A DNA stretch of 64,000 nt from Dicyema japonicum. Lineage: Eukaryota; Animalia; Dicyemida. Under the pieces are notes generated by a model. It was not told the origin of the DNA and did no database searches. It was given only the letters and a program-made list of their open reading frames with translations. The position numbers were made by a program, and so were the translations under genes. Below are positions 51,240-64,000 of this stretch, in pieces. The DNA lies in the NCBI GenBank assembly GCA_011109175.1, contig RDEW01000075.1:62001-126000 (forward strand), given 5' to 3'. The number at the start of each line of letters is the position of its first letter. Positions within the stretch are counted from its first letter, which is position 1.

Positions 51240-54200
51240 TTATTAGCAAGAAAAAATTAAAGAGGGAGTTATTTGGCCTCATGCCGCAAGTCCTGCAAAC
51301 GTTTGGACTTTTTTCTGCGCTCTCAGACCCCTCTTATCGTTATTCTGTGCTGCAACATACGAGTCAATGATGACATTTCTTTTCAGATAGTTTTCCATCC
51401 TTTTTTATAGTGCATCTCTTATCGACATTACTAGCAAATTTTCATCTTCATCTAGATTCTTGTCAAGCCATTTGTGTATGGCAATCTTGATCCCTGCTCT
51501 CCTCGATTTTTCAAGAAGCAAGATAAAACGCTCTTTGTATGCAGTGTAATACCATCCTTCCAGTCCATAAAGGAGTGATGGAATGATCGTACATAAAAAA
51601 TTAATAAAAACATATCCGTTTCGAATCTCAATATCCTCATACACAATATCGCATGGTGGGCTTTCTTTTGAGTTTAAAATCGCACAATGTGCTCACAGAT
51701 TTCTCAAAAGCTGTTCCGAAATACTTCAGGGAGCTCACAATGTTGATTTCTTTCTTATTTTTTTATTATTCCAACAGAAGAACCTCGTTGCGTTAGATCT
51801 TTTTTTGACAGTTTTAACCAATGAAGATCGCACTAGTCTTTTATCTCTTCCATGTATGCATTAAGTCTCCTCTCTGAGATCATGATCGATTTCGATACAT
51901 CAGACAGTAGGACGTCGTTTGCATATATCAGTTATCTCGTACTTGGTGTACGGAGACGGGAAACTGGCCATTAGAACATTAAACAATAGAGGGCTCAAAA
52001 TTGATCCTTGTGGGACTCCTCTCTTCAATAATATCATATTTAAAAAAATAGCGTCCGAATCTAACATAGGATTTTCTTTTTAGGTATACTTTCACCCAAT
52101 TCACTAGTTCCTTTGGGCTCCCCGTCCGAGATAACTGTTCGATTATGGCTCTGTGGTTAACACTGTCAAATTCTTTTGATATGTCGAGACATATGACATT
52201 CAGGAAATTTGGATTCTCTGATAGCATAACTCGGAGTTGAGATGAAATAAGCAATCACCGCATGACCGTCCTGGCGAAAACCAAATTGATCATTTCTGAA
52301 GTAATCTTCTTTTTCCAGCTGATTTGTAAGCCTCCAGAAGACAATTTTTTCCATGATTTTTGAGATTGACCGAATCAGGCTGATCGGACGGTTGCTATCA
52401 GGATCATTCGGTCTTCCTGTTTTCGCTACCATCCGTACGATAGTCTTCTTCCATTCGTGTGGAACATGACCAATTTTTATGCATGTGAACATGAACATAT
52501 CTTTGAGAAATACGAATAAAATTTCTGGGCCTTTTTGAACATCCTAGCTTTGATGAAATCACTCCCGGAGCTTTATTCTTGACAGCTATTATTGCTATCT
52601 TTAGCTTTTCTATAGAGATCTCTATAAATCTGTTTTCTCTTACAATGGTTCGTAACAAGTCTTCTCCGCGATGACATCATCGTCCACATCAAATATCTTT
52701 TTAAGCTGTGTCTCAAAAACTAGAGGTATTTCTTTTTCAGCATAGTAGGTGCCATCCGGTTTCTTGAGCACAATCTTGTTTGCAATTGACTCTAGGTTCC
52801 TCATTTTTCGGTACCTTCCAGAAAGAGGATTGTGTTTGTTTCGCTTCCGTAGTTGAGAGTTCCACTTATTCTCATTCCATTTTTTGAATTGTTCCGACAA
52901 CTTTGTGAGACAAGGCTAAGCGGTTTTGTGGGTCTACGCATCTCCTTAGTTTAGTTCTTAGATTATTTCTTTTAACACAATCTTCTTGATGTGCCATGGA
53001 ATAAGGACAACATTATCGTTTCTTGAGTATATTTTTATAGCAAAGTTATCCAGATAGTATAATATCAGATCCGTTACGTGTTTACTTGTTTTATCAATTT
53101 CCAGACGAGTCTTGGGCTCGGTATACCCTAACATCAATTCCTTTGCAATGAACATCCTATAGTGATTCCAGTTTACATTCTTGGTATTGTAACCGACAAA
53201 GACTCTAGGTTCATTAATCACTTTCATATCCACGGATATTAGCAATGGAATGTGGTCACTGCCAATATCCGGAAAGTAATTGGTACGTCGGCGTATTCTG
53301 AAATAGCAGGGGAAATCAAGAAGACACCAAGCTTGTCATCCCCGTAGGGAGAGAAATAGTTATCCTCTTTCGATGTAAGGACTTTTACTCCTAGGCCTTT
53401 AGATAGCTTCATCAGGAGCTTGCCATCCCTGTTACTCTTCTTCCAGCAAGAGGATGTGCTCTTAGAGTTGAGATCACCACCCAGTATGGCCATCGGGTTT
53501 TCGCTGAGAACTGGGAGATATCTCCGGTACATTCTCTCAAGGATTTGGAATACATGCCAGCTATCCGTCGACACAACGAACATCAATGGCAACAAACTCA
53601 CAACAAATTGATGAAACAATTCTGGATTCCTTGTTTTTAGATGATACCGATAAAAAATTGATGGTCCAGTCCCTAATACAGCAACTTTCTTATCAGTATA
53701 AAGATATCGATTCGAAACCCGGGAGCACTGCATTCTCATTTGACTTCATCTTCGTTTCGTTGACAATTATTATATCAACTTCCTCGGCATTCGCCAGTGA
53801 AGCTAGCTCGTGATGCCTCCTCAGGATTGATCGGGCATTCACGAGCATGATCCTTATGTTTTGGATCACTGGTCTTGGCGGCCTGATCTCTTCAGGACCA
53901 GAGCCACCACTTGCAGTAAATCCAAGTTTACCTTATCACACTCTTCATTTAGACAGTTAATCACATATGTAAGTTCTCTCGATTGTCTTTCAGATGTCCC
54001 CGGGATAGCTTCTCCTCCAGGTATTCGTCATCCACAATTGGCTTTTTCTGTGTTGGATTAATAACATCGTATTTTAGAGGTCGATTTTTGATTATTGCGT
54101 CCTGCTTGTTTTCACTAGACTTCGTATCTAGGTAACGTGGCGGAGGAGGATTTTCTCCTCTCCTCCATGTTCCTAACCCATGACATTCGGTTCTCTTCCT

Positions 54201-54720
54201 GTGGAGGCCACGGCTTCTCTGGCCACCGGACAACCACCGTGACTCGTTCCGTGATAACCAGACTCGCAGTTGATACAGATCTTCTATTGTTCGGTTCTGG
54301 GCACTCCGGGAACTATGTGGTCCTCCACATAAGAAACATCTCTGCCCCATTGCAATGTGTCCGAAAATATTGACAATTAAAGCATCTTGGGGGAGGTCTT
54401 CTGGCCCACTCACAATCGATTTTCATCCATCCAATGACAAGACCTAGTCGTATCAAGGACGTAGCTTCTGCCCTTGACTTTAAGCTCATCTATACAACAG
54501 GGAGTTTTCTTCCATTCCTTATAATACGTTTCACCGACTCAGTGGTTGGAGCAATTTCTTTCATGTAAGTCATAAGTTCGTCTTCCTCAATCCATGTTAG
54601 GACATTCTTTAGAACAATTTACGAAAGCCTCTCTTGGAGTTCGATCGCCTTGTTGTTTTCCTTCTCGAAAGGAGAAAATAGATTAGTTTCTCCAACGAAT
54701 GAGATTTTATCTCCGTCTAT
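51240..54720 (-). mobile_element. Two-ORF I/Jockey-group LINE, decayed
   Basis: ORF1 IVLKNV, RCFNCQ, CFLCGGPH; APE VNARSI, VNETK, GGDLNSK; RT RPISL, QFGFR, CLDISKEFDSVNH. Confidence 0.85.
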
Positions 54721-54979
54721 GTAATCTCCGTCTTTCTTTTATTAAGTCAACTTAAAAATCATATTCTCAGTGAAATCTCTGAAAGAACGAATCTTAAATA
54801 TTATATGGAAAATTAAATTTATTCAGTAATCTTAGTCTATATCAAATTTCTTAATATAATAATCAATTTAAAAGTTAAAATCAAATATTTCATTATTCGG
54901 ATTATGATTAAAGTAAAAGAAGAAATAAAGCTGATTCATAATTCTTCACGTTAAAATACAAAAATCAATTTTAACGATC

Positions 54980-55240
54980 AGTAACCCTTGTGGTACTTTG
55001 TTGCAATTCCTTCCCACGTCATTACTATAGAAATAACGAGGACCTTGCAACCAAGCATCTGCCCCATCTCGTTTGCAAAAAAGTCATACTTTTTTTTTCC
55101 TCCACTTCCACAGTCTGCAAACGGTCTTGAGACGCGATGCGAACTTCTATGATAAAGACTTGTCCAGACTCCTTATCGTGTATCACATTTTCTGGTTTAT
55201 TGTGCTTGACTAGCACCGAGGTACGGATAACACTCTCTAC
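54980..55240 (-). mobile_element. R4-like fragment, close copy of 2240-2500
   Basis: VLVKHNKPENVIHDKESGQV nearly matches ORF 1697-2725. Confidence 0.85.
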
Positions 55241-55329
55241 TTAATGTTCATTCAGAATTATTAGATTATAAACAACAATGATGTTTATTTTTTATATTTT
55301 TAATTTTAAAACTAGAATCTCTGACAAAA

Positions 55330-55920
55330 TGAAATAAAAGAGAGTGGGGCCGTCAGGTGATCCCGGACCTCTTTGAGCACCCGCTTCATCTTTTCTCGGT
55401 ATTTCATCCGAGAACCTACACACTTCCTGTATGGATGATTCACTTTTCGGAAATTTGGAGGTTTCAACGGGAATTTATTTTCTTTAGGTTGGTATAGGAT
55501 AAGTTAGTGTCCCATGCCGCACAGCAGCTTTTGTAGTATCCAAGTAGTGTTTTTACAAAATTTAGTTTTCTTTGCGAAGAGGAGATACGTTGCTTAAGTA
55601 TTGCTGAAGGTCATAAGGGGGTCGTATGTGATCCCCAGTATTTTCATTGAGTTTGTGGAGGAAATTGAATATTCTATAGAGAATCAAAAAATGTGATGAG
55701 TTTTTGCAGTCTTCTATTGGAAGTAAAAATCATTGAGCTCGACTTATCATGATTTGTGTAATAAATTCCTCGTAAGCCAACAGCTCAGGTTGTCCAGTAA
55801 ATATTCTAAACGGGTACCCCCTGTGTGAATACACTGGTCTCTTGTTGTCAGGATTGTGTCGTCAGCATAAGCGAGGATCAGAGTATCGTTGCTTTTATGG
55901 GAAGGCATGTCGCTCATAAT
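55330..55920 (-). mobile_element. Deleted Vingi-like fragment
   Basis: LAYADD, KILGITYDP remnants. Confidence 0.6.
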
Positions 55921-56747
55921 GATATTAACAACGCATTAATATTTAAATGTTACATATATTATTCCGTCGCTCAAATAGTTATAAAATATTTCTAATAAAC
56001 TCAGAAAATTAAAATATATTTAATTTCACTTCTTTTCCAGTCAGATTATGAAAATTAATGATAGAATTTTTGATAATGGTGAAACTAGTCTTCTAAGGTG
56101 AAAAGTTGGTATCTTTTAATTTTGAGAATAAATTTTAAATTTCCTTATTTTATGTTATCATAATTTTTTTCATCAACATATTCAGACAAGTACTATCTGT
56201 GGTATTTTTGCAGTAGATAAATCACAAATCCGTCTATCAAACAATGATTGTAAATTTATTACCACCAAGTTTAGAATTTTTTCAAAACATCATAAAATTT
56301 CTGATTTATCACTGTTCGAATAATTCATTCAAATGAAAATTTAAACATGTTAAGATTGCATCAATAATAAATTTTATTCTAACAAATTGTCAATTTTAAT
56401 TAATATATTAAAGTTAGGGACCATATGGAATAGAAGAGATCGAAAATGGTAATTTCAATAAAAATAATCTAACTGAACTATCCAGAGAGGTGTCATACAG
56501 CGATTCCTTCTCATGATGGCGAGCGAAATTCGCTCAAATAGCCACCAGATCTCATTAATATATTATATGTCATAAAAGTAGTTGTTATGAAATAATTACC
56601 TATAGCAACAATTAAATAACAGTTGTGAAATTATTAATTTTGTAATTTTAGGTATATAAAATAGAATGATAGACTTATCGATAAAAATTAATCAATCAGA
56701 AAAGTACGTATTTGGACTATAAATTAAAGCGTTTTATTTAAAAATTA

Positions 56748-57338
56748 ATGATATTCGCTGTCATATTCATTTGCGTACTGTTTAGCCAAGTGGAATGTAT
56801 AATATTTTCGATGATTTCAGGCGGTTCTTGTTGGGAATTGTCAGATGTTGACGATAATATTTTGATCGCAAGAAAAGTGACAAAGATAGAATGTTGTTCT
56901 ATTGAGAGAAAAAATAATATTTACTATTCTGAAATTGATCCCGTAGGTCTTGATAACTACAAATACTGGATCATATTCCCAGAAGATGCTCAGTTGTGCG
57001 AAAGTAATTTTTTTTATTTTTAAGTAAAATGCGGAGAAACAACATGTTCAGAAGACAAATACTGTGATGCTGAAGACGGACTTGGTGTTTGTAAGTGTAG
57101 AGAATGCGAAAGTAACACAGATTTGAAAATATGTTCAACAAGCAACGAAACTTTTAAAAATCTATGTCATCTAAAATATGCTCAATGTGTTCGCCAGGTG
57201 TATATTGAGATAAATTATTTTGGAGTATGCAAAGGTTAGGTATCATAAACATTATCAGAATCTTGTAGTCGAGTAAACTGCCTACAAAATAAAAAATGTT
57301 TGATGAATGAATTCCCCATATGTCTCAGAAATAATTAA
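56748..57338 (+). CDS. Follistatin-like secreted protein, 173 aa, 4 exons
   Basis: Exons 56748-56796, 56821-57003, 57025-57234, 57259-57338 (522 nt, no internal stop); phase-1 introns of 24, 21 and 24 nt. Signal peptide, N-domain (GSCW..TKIECCS..YWIIF), a 10-Cys FS module, then a 4-Cys FOLN and stop. Confidence 0.9.
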
Positions 57339-57887
57339 TATTTGACTAACGTATTAAATTATTTATTAATTTTTTAATCCACTCATAGTAAAAAGTTTAA
57401 ATTATTTTAAATAGATTAAAATATACCATGGAAACAACACAATTAGTAAAAATATAATTGTTATTTATTTTATTATTTATTAACAAGATACACCAAAAAA
57501 TTTATAACTAATTAAATGAATACAGTTCCTACGATCACATAGACAGTAAGTCTTTGCACAAGTTCTTCCAGAACCACCAGAAATAGAAGAAAGCGTCCAG
57601 TCCTTGCAGTTATGGAAACCCATTTTTCGTGGCACTATGGAATTGGGCGCTATCTGAGACAGGTGGATTACATGATGCCACTCTAATAGAAAGGGACGTA
57701 GAGGAACAAAAGAAAAGAAGAAAAATCTTAAACTAAGTAGTCAAATGGCACCACTCTAATGTCGGCACCACGCTAACACTCGAATATACACATTGAGAAT
57801 ATTTAGATAACAGATTTTTTAAAGTTTTGTTACTTGTTGAATACATTTTCAAAAATGTGTTACTCAAAATATAATTGAATATAAATA

Positions 57888-57978
57888 CTACACTTAGAAA
57901 TAATTAACTATCGCAAAGCTACACTTAGAAATAATTAACTATCGCAAAAATGGTTAGAAATAGTTAACTAAGCAAATA
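57888..57978. repeat. 31-bp tandem duplication plus a degenerate third copy
   Basis: CTACACTTAGAAATAATTAACTATCGCAAA twice, at an RTE 5' junction. Confidence 0.8.
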
Positions 57979-58717
57979 AACTTGCCGAGTGGTTCCTCAA
58001 TGTAAATGTGGAGAAAACAGAATTGACTGAACTAGTCAGACAAAAATCCAAGCTGGATGAACATTGGAGAAAAGTAGAGAAACTCGGATCGTTATTGGGA
58101 GATGAAAAAGACGTAATTATGCAGGAAACACATACAAACAGTGCACTACACAGCCTAAAGGAAAACTGGCTAAAGCGTAAAGGATTGAATATAGAAACAC
58201 GGATACGTTTATACAATTCACTGGTGAAGCCTATTCTCCTCTACAATGTCGGAACATGGGGAATTTCTGATACGGACAATCACAATCTAGACTCGTTCCA
58301 TAGAGATCAGCTTCGGCGTACTCTAGCCTCGACATGGCATTCAAGGCTCAGAAGCAAAATAGTTTATATCAGGACATCAAGCAAACCTATCTCACTAGAA
58401 ATAACGGCATGCAGGTGGTGATTATTCGGACACATTCTAAGAATAGATTTGGAAACACCAGCAAATACTGCCATGGATGACTATTTCGAAGCTGACGGAT
58501 CTCGTTTCAGGAGGCACCCAAGAAATACTCTCCCGGTTACGCTGGTTAAAGACCTTCGCTGAGTGGAAAAACAATTAAAAGACGGGGATGACCTTGACGA
58601 CGTTGCCCAGGACAAGGGAAAATGAAAGAAATTAATAACTCTTATTGTTTCCTGTGCTGCACAAGCTTTGTCATGACCCATGGCATTTTGAAAGTGCTTA
58701 ATAATAATAATAATAAT
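57975..58717 (+). mobile_element. 5'-truncated RTE-like LINE with (TAA)n tail
   Basis: KLGSLLGD, RLYNSLVKPILLYN, LFGHILR; ends GAAAGTGCT(TAA)n. Confidence 0.88.
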
Positions 58718-59153
58718 TGCAAAGCCTTTATGCCCACTGTTTGTCTTAGGGTTGTTTCCTTGAACCGAGACAACTTCGTGATGAGAGAGAACTTTACGGT
58801 CATGGTATAATGACCACACACTTTTATCTGAACAAATTATGGTTTCTAAAAAAGTTAATGACAAACATTTCTTTCCTGTGATCCACTATTCATTTACTCT
58901 ATACGTCCTGTTCTGGATAACCACTATCTTCTGATATTGGCCCCATAAGGCGTATGCGTAAAAAATGCATGGCTAGTATATTGTTTCTGATTTTCCATGA
59001 CTATGAAATAGATTGGTCTTCTCGTATTTTATCGGAAGATTTTCAGCGTGCCTTAAGAAGTTAATGTTCACACAAAATGTTACTCAAGGATTTTTAATAG
59101 GTTAAGGACCTAGTCAAATGAATTGGTATAACAAAAGAAATGTAAAACACTTT

Positions 59154-60009
59154 GCATGGCTCACGATGTTTGGATTGGACTTAACTTGGGACTCCCGAAG
59201 AACTTCAACAAACAACGAGACTGGAACGAACTTGTATGTTCGAAGACCATCGATGAGCTAAAACCACAACTCGACCAGCATCGTCTGGCTTGTCTGGCTA
59301 CCGCATCAACAAACATTAGCGGTGCATGGCTCAAAGCATTCCCGTGCATTTCACTCGGAACTTTTCTGGACGATGACTCCACGAGGATTGGGGTTTGCGT
59401 CCGCCTCGGAATCGATGTTTGCGCAATCCATCGCTGTAGATGTGGAGTAATAGTCGACGCGAAAGGACTCCACGCACTTTCCTGCCGAAGGAGCGCTGGA
59501 AGGAGCCTGAGACATAGTGCAATCAACAAGGTTATTGCGTGGGGACTAGAAGCTGCCGGATTCCTTGTCCAGATGGAGCCCCTAGGACTTGCCACGGCAA
59601 ACAGGAGCGACTCTGTTCGTGGATGCTGGGAAGTACCTGGCTTGGGACGCCACCTGCGTAGATAGCTTCTCCCCTTCCAATATTACAATGAGTGCGACAA
59701 ATCCAGGCTCAGCTGCAGAGAAATCAGAAATACTTAAAGCAAAGAAGTACACATGCCTCGGCGAGCAGTACACATTTGAACCAGTCGCAGTCGAAACTTC
59801 GGGAGTCATAGGAAGCAGGTCGTTAGCCCTGCTCAACAAAATTGGATCGTTAGTCGCTAAAAGGAAGAGGGATGTCAGAGAGAAGGCTGGCTCATTGAGC
59901 GCATCTCCTTACAGATCGTAAGGGGAAATGCGCTCTCAATCCTGAGAGCAGCCAGTAGCCTTTAACTATTTGGTTTTATTCTTCAATAAATTGTTATTGA
60001 TTTAAAAAA
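59154..60009 (+). mobile_element. 5'-truncated CRE-like element with poly(A) and 10-bp TSD
   Basis: SGAWL, CRCG..HALSC..RH, LAWDATC, VETSG, VRGN. TSD AAAACACTTT at 59144-59153 and 60010-60019. Confidence 0.88.
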
Positions 60010-60239
60010 AAAACACTTTTTTAAATAAATCTATCGATTTCTGTCAAATTTTGGCAAAATATTTCATTATATATATATATATATAGAACAAGGAAAACTT
60101 TGATTATATTATATAAAAAGTGATTATATTTTGATCTTAGAAATTTAGACTTAAAATTTTTAGATTTTTATGTGAACTATCACGGTTCACGAAATATTTT
60201 TACACAGATAGTTAGTGTGCGGGAGTCCATCTTAGATGG

Positions 60240-60810
60240 ACACAGTTTATGGAAATCTCTCTCTCCAGACAATGTGAGTCGTTTATCTATATAATGAAAT
60301 ATCAAATTCATCTCAAAAGCGTTTGACATTGTTAGCCAAAGAGCCATAATCGGTCAGTTGTATCGGACGGGAAGCCCGTAAAAGCTAGTGAATTGGACGA
60401 AAGTGTACCTAGAAGAAGAAACCCCTATATTAGATGCGGACGCTATTTTTCAAATGTGATATTATTTAGGAGAGGAGTCCTAAGGGGATCCATTTTGAGA
60501 CCTCTATTATTTAACGTTCTGATGGCCAGTTTCCAGTCTTAAAGGTCGCCAAGTACGAGATCTCTAATATACGCAGACGACGTACTACTGTTTGATGTAT
60601 CAAGATAGAGTATGACTTGGATATGAGACTCAATGTATATATGGAAGAGATAAAAGAGTGGTGTGGTTTCCATTGATTAAAGTTGTCACAAGAAAAATCT
60701 AATAGAATGAAGTTTTTCGATCAAAATGGAAAATGACATTATCAAAGCTCTCTATGTGGAATCAATAATATGAAATCCCTGAAGTATTTCGGAACAGCTT
60801 TTGAGAAAAC
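60240..60810 (+). mobile_element. RT fragment of the family at 51240-54720
   Basis: ISKAFD, GSILRPLLF, IYADDVLL; similar to 51700-52200. Confidence 0.75.
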
Positions 60811-60962
60811 TATTATTATTACCCCCAGGATCACTGGGTCAAAGAGAAAGAAATAAAAGTTCTCATCTAACTAAGTGATCTCAGACCGACAAAGGAGAGG
60901 ACGAGTCATGCGGGATCGAAAATCCTGAACAGCTCTATCACTCTTTCAAGGAGAGTAGTACA

Positions 60963-63436
60963 CGGTTCAAGGTAAATTCATCCCCGGTAAATTCATCGCT
61001 GGTAATTTCATCGCGAGGTAAATTCATCGCGCCGGTTAATTCAAGCGACCACGTGGGTTCTTGAAAGAAGAGGTCGAAATTTTGATTTTTTATATTATCA
61101 TTAAAATGTAATTTTGGAGATTAATTTGACGATATGAGTCACGTGGCCAGATCCCCAAGATAGAAGAAATTTGAAAACCTCAATTCTCCAAATAGTGTTA
61201 AATTTTAATCAACGATGTGGACCACACGTGTGTGTATTGGTTAAAGTGATAGAAAAATTATTGATTATACTGATTATTGATTAATAACAAAGGTAAACTT
61301 TAAGTGAATATTTATGATAATATAATTTTTAGAAAACAAGTTTATGACAATTATTAACAAAAACATTGTGTTAATTTCTAAAATGCTAAATTATAGGCAA
61401 TGCCTTTTAAATAGTCAAGAATTTCGCGATTATCGAAGTCATTTACAATGCGTTGAATTCTTAAAGCACTATCTCTGTATTTTTTCTTTTGTGTAGGACC
61501 TTCCCCACCAGCAATATACTGTTCAATTTTAATTTCATTTCTTGCTTGTTCTTTCTTCAAAACATCAATAAACTTCCAAATCGTAGGATGACACGCTCCA
61601 ATTAAAGAATTAAAAGAATGATGCCATCCTTCGCAAGAGTTATTCGTTTTAGGGCCAGCAACTCTCGCTGCTTCAAAACAATTCCACAATTCATGGGCAA
61701 AACGTGGACAACGACGTACTTGACGGCGGTCGGGACGTCCTATCCAAATATCTTCTACATAATCCAGTACAGGTTGAGCTCTCTTCTGGGAAACAGTTGT
61801 AATCGCACCAATGTTTAAAATAATGAACAACGTGTAATGTTGAGACAAATCCCAGCGCCGCAATCATGCGCATTTTCAAAGCGAATTCTCAATCTCTTTG
61901 ATATAATAATTGTAATCTCTGTGATTGGATGCATCTAAATATGGATTGGGACAAATGAAAGAAACAGCCCTTCGTAATAGCATCAGGAAATATAATATTA
62001 AATCCATTTATAGCTGCTTTTTCGAAATCAGTCATAATTGTCTCTGTGATAACGATGGCTCCAATGATTTTAATTCCGAAAAAAACTTTTTTATAGCTTT
62101 CTTCCGTTCTTTTACACATTAAAATGTATATAAGTGGTAAAACATCATTATTTACTATTCCATGAATCGTATATAATTGATTAAACAAATATGGGACTGT
62201 CTTAAAAGTACCATCTGCATACCAAAAGTTTGTAGTGGAAAGCAAATTCAGATTTTTTCTCGTTGGTAAAAATTATTGTTCTGCTAACACTGTCTTCACT
62301 ATCAAACAATAGAAAAGGTTCATTGGCATAAGAGTATCTGTATTCTGGAGGTATTCTTAACTGGTCTATGTTAAGTGGATTAGGAGGAGCTTGATCTTTT
62401 GTATTTCTTGAATTTCTAATGTTTCTTTTAATTAAAGAAGCTATGGGTAGTCGGGCAGACACCTCCAGTGGCAAACCCACACACACTTCAGTCGTAATAA
62501 TATGTGGATTATCTTGTGATGCAAGAGCTCTTCTTTTTATTTCTTGAGTAATTCTCTTTGATTCGACATATGCAGCATCACCAGCATGATTGTGTTCGTT
62601 GACTCTTTTAATAATGATGTCTCCCTTGGTGTGTACTCTCGCTTTACATTTAATTTTGTAGTAGGATTCACATTTCCATAATGTGACTTCGCCATTAAAT
62701 TTTTCAAAACAGTAAATGTATCCATCTTCAAAAATTTTCTCTTATTTCTCATTACAATTACAAATTGCAAAGCCATGCTGTCAAGATATAAGAAATTAGC
62801 GAAAATATCACTTTATTTATAACAAAGATCATAATTAGAACGGAAAAAAATATCACTTTATAGTAATCAATTATGATAATGACGATAAAGTACAAAAGAA
62901 TTCAAGGGCATTATCACCACATTACAAAAGAATTCAAGGACATTATCACCAGATTATAAGCTACTTTATCAGTTAAAAGAAACAAATTACATGCAACCAT
63001 TACTCTTGTGTTTAAGATAGAGATGAATACTGTCCTCAGCACTAAAGAAAACTGGCAATTTTATGTTTCAATCGTGAATACTGACAGAGTTATTTATTTT
63101 ATTATTTGTTAGCCACAGGCGTACAATCTTTGGTAAGCCTAGCAAAAACAGTCATTGGTAATTAATCCAAGGAGGGAACGCAAAAGAGAACGTCTGCTTG
63201 TGACAACTAAATTGATCCCGCCAATAATACATGGCAGGCATACGTCAACTTCTGAAGAGAGGTGAAAAAATAGGTCCTCTCTCTTCAGTTTTCATAGGTC
63301 CTACCGTCACGGATACGTGACTCCTATCGCCTAATAATCTCCAAAATCGCAATTTAACTATAATATAAAAAATCAAAATTTCGACCTCTTTTATCTAGAA
63401 ACACTTGGTTCTTTGATTTAACTGGGATGAATTTAC
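60963..63436 (-). mobile_element. MULE/Mutator transposon (FLYWCH + MULE transposase) with long imperfect TIRs
   Basis: WKC..CKARVHT..HNH, WYADGTFK, QLYTIH, TDFEKA, GCFFHLSQ, TNNSCEGWH. AAGAGGTCGAAATTTTGATTTTTTATATTA is inverted at about 61068-61097 and 63361-63390; GGTAAATTCATCGC repeats. Stops and frameshifts present. Confidence 0.9.
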
Positions 63437-64000
63437 TTTTCATCTTGCTTCTTTAAATATCGATGAGAGCAGGGATCAATTATTACCATACATAGACGAC
63501 TTTAGATGACTAGAAGATTTTTAAATGTTGATTTTTTTTATAATTTGAAAGGTTTTTACGCCGTCTGGAAAGAATCTGAGCCATAGAGTCATCACTAGAA
63601 TTATTGGGTGGGAAGAGAAGCCCAGTTCAGTTAGACTTCTCGGACTGTCCTTATTAAATAAAAGACCAGACAACTCTTTTTATTAGTAGGCAATAGATAT
63701 CTCGCCTGAGACGCCACTTGTGTGAATTGATCTCACTCAACCCTGCACTGATGGGCAATTAGAAGCAGGTCACAAACCCTTTTTAGTTTAACTTAAGCGG
63801 TTAAAAAGAAATTAAAAAACACTAATTTATCGATATTCTGCTAATTCCATTTGTAACTTTGAAATTAAATTAAATTTTTAACCCCAGTTTCGTTAGCATG
63901 AAGGAATCTGGCGACCATTAACAACCACGGCGCAAGATCACTTCACGTCGTGTCCTGGTGGTGCAGAGCAAGCAAAGTAGTATTGAAATTTTCTTTTACC

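Noticed and set aside
517-62776. Many short ORFs antisense to RT or transposase frames
   Set aside because: They are shadow ORFs of TE coding sequence with no independent support.
1-64000. Prokaryotic RT systems (retron, DGR, group II intron) or defence islands
   Set aside because: All RTs are paired with APE or restriction-like endonucleases, tails and TSDs, and the host genes are spliced animal genes.

Overview
This is AT-rich eukaryotic (animal) nuclear DNA, mostly nested and decayed transposable elements. Non-LTR retrotransposons fall into five types: R4/Dong-like, CRE-like, RTE-like, Ingi/Vingi-like and two-ORF I/Jockey-group. DNA transposons are pogo/Tigger, Tc1-like, hAT and MULE. I can support three host genes: an ETS-domain factor (12575-13297, +), an adhesion-class GPCR (about 35283-37009, -) and a short follistatin-like gene (56748-57338, +). 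The ORF track misses the last two because they are split by 21-26 nt GT-AG introns, which I rebuilt by hand. Such micro-introns suggest a reduced parasitic animal such as a dicyemid (inference only). Main observations: (1) micro-introns with weak splice signals, one of them inside a pogo transposase; (2) a ~18 kb inversion shown by three nested elements whose halves and target-site duplications (TSDs) now lie on opposite strands; (3) short 5' and 3' terminal motifs shared by divergent ~3 kb RTE families; (4) a 2A-like peptide in a Vingi-like element; (5) reduced domain structures in the follistatin and the GPCR. No rRNA, tRNA, CRISPR or prokaryotic system was found. Clade calls rest on remembered motifs, not searches. 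Boundaries are approximate unless a TSD or terminal inverted repeat (TIR) is quoted.
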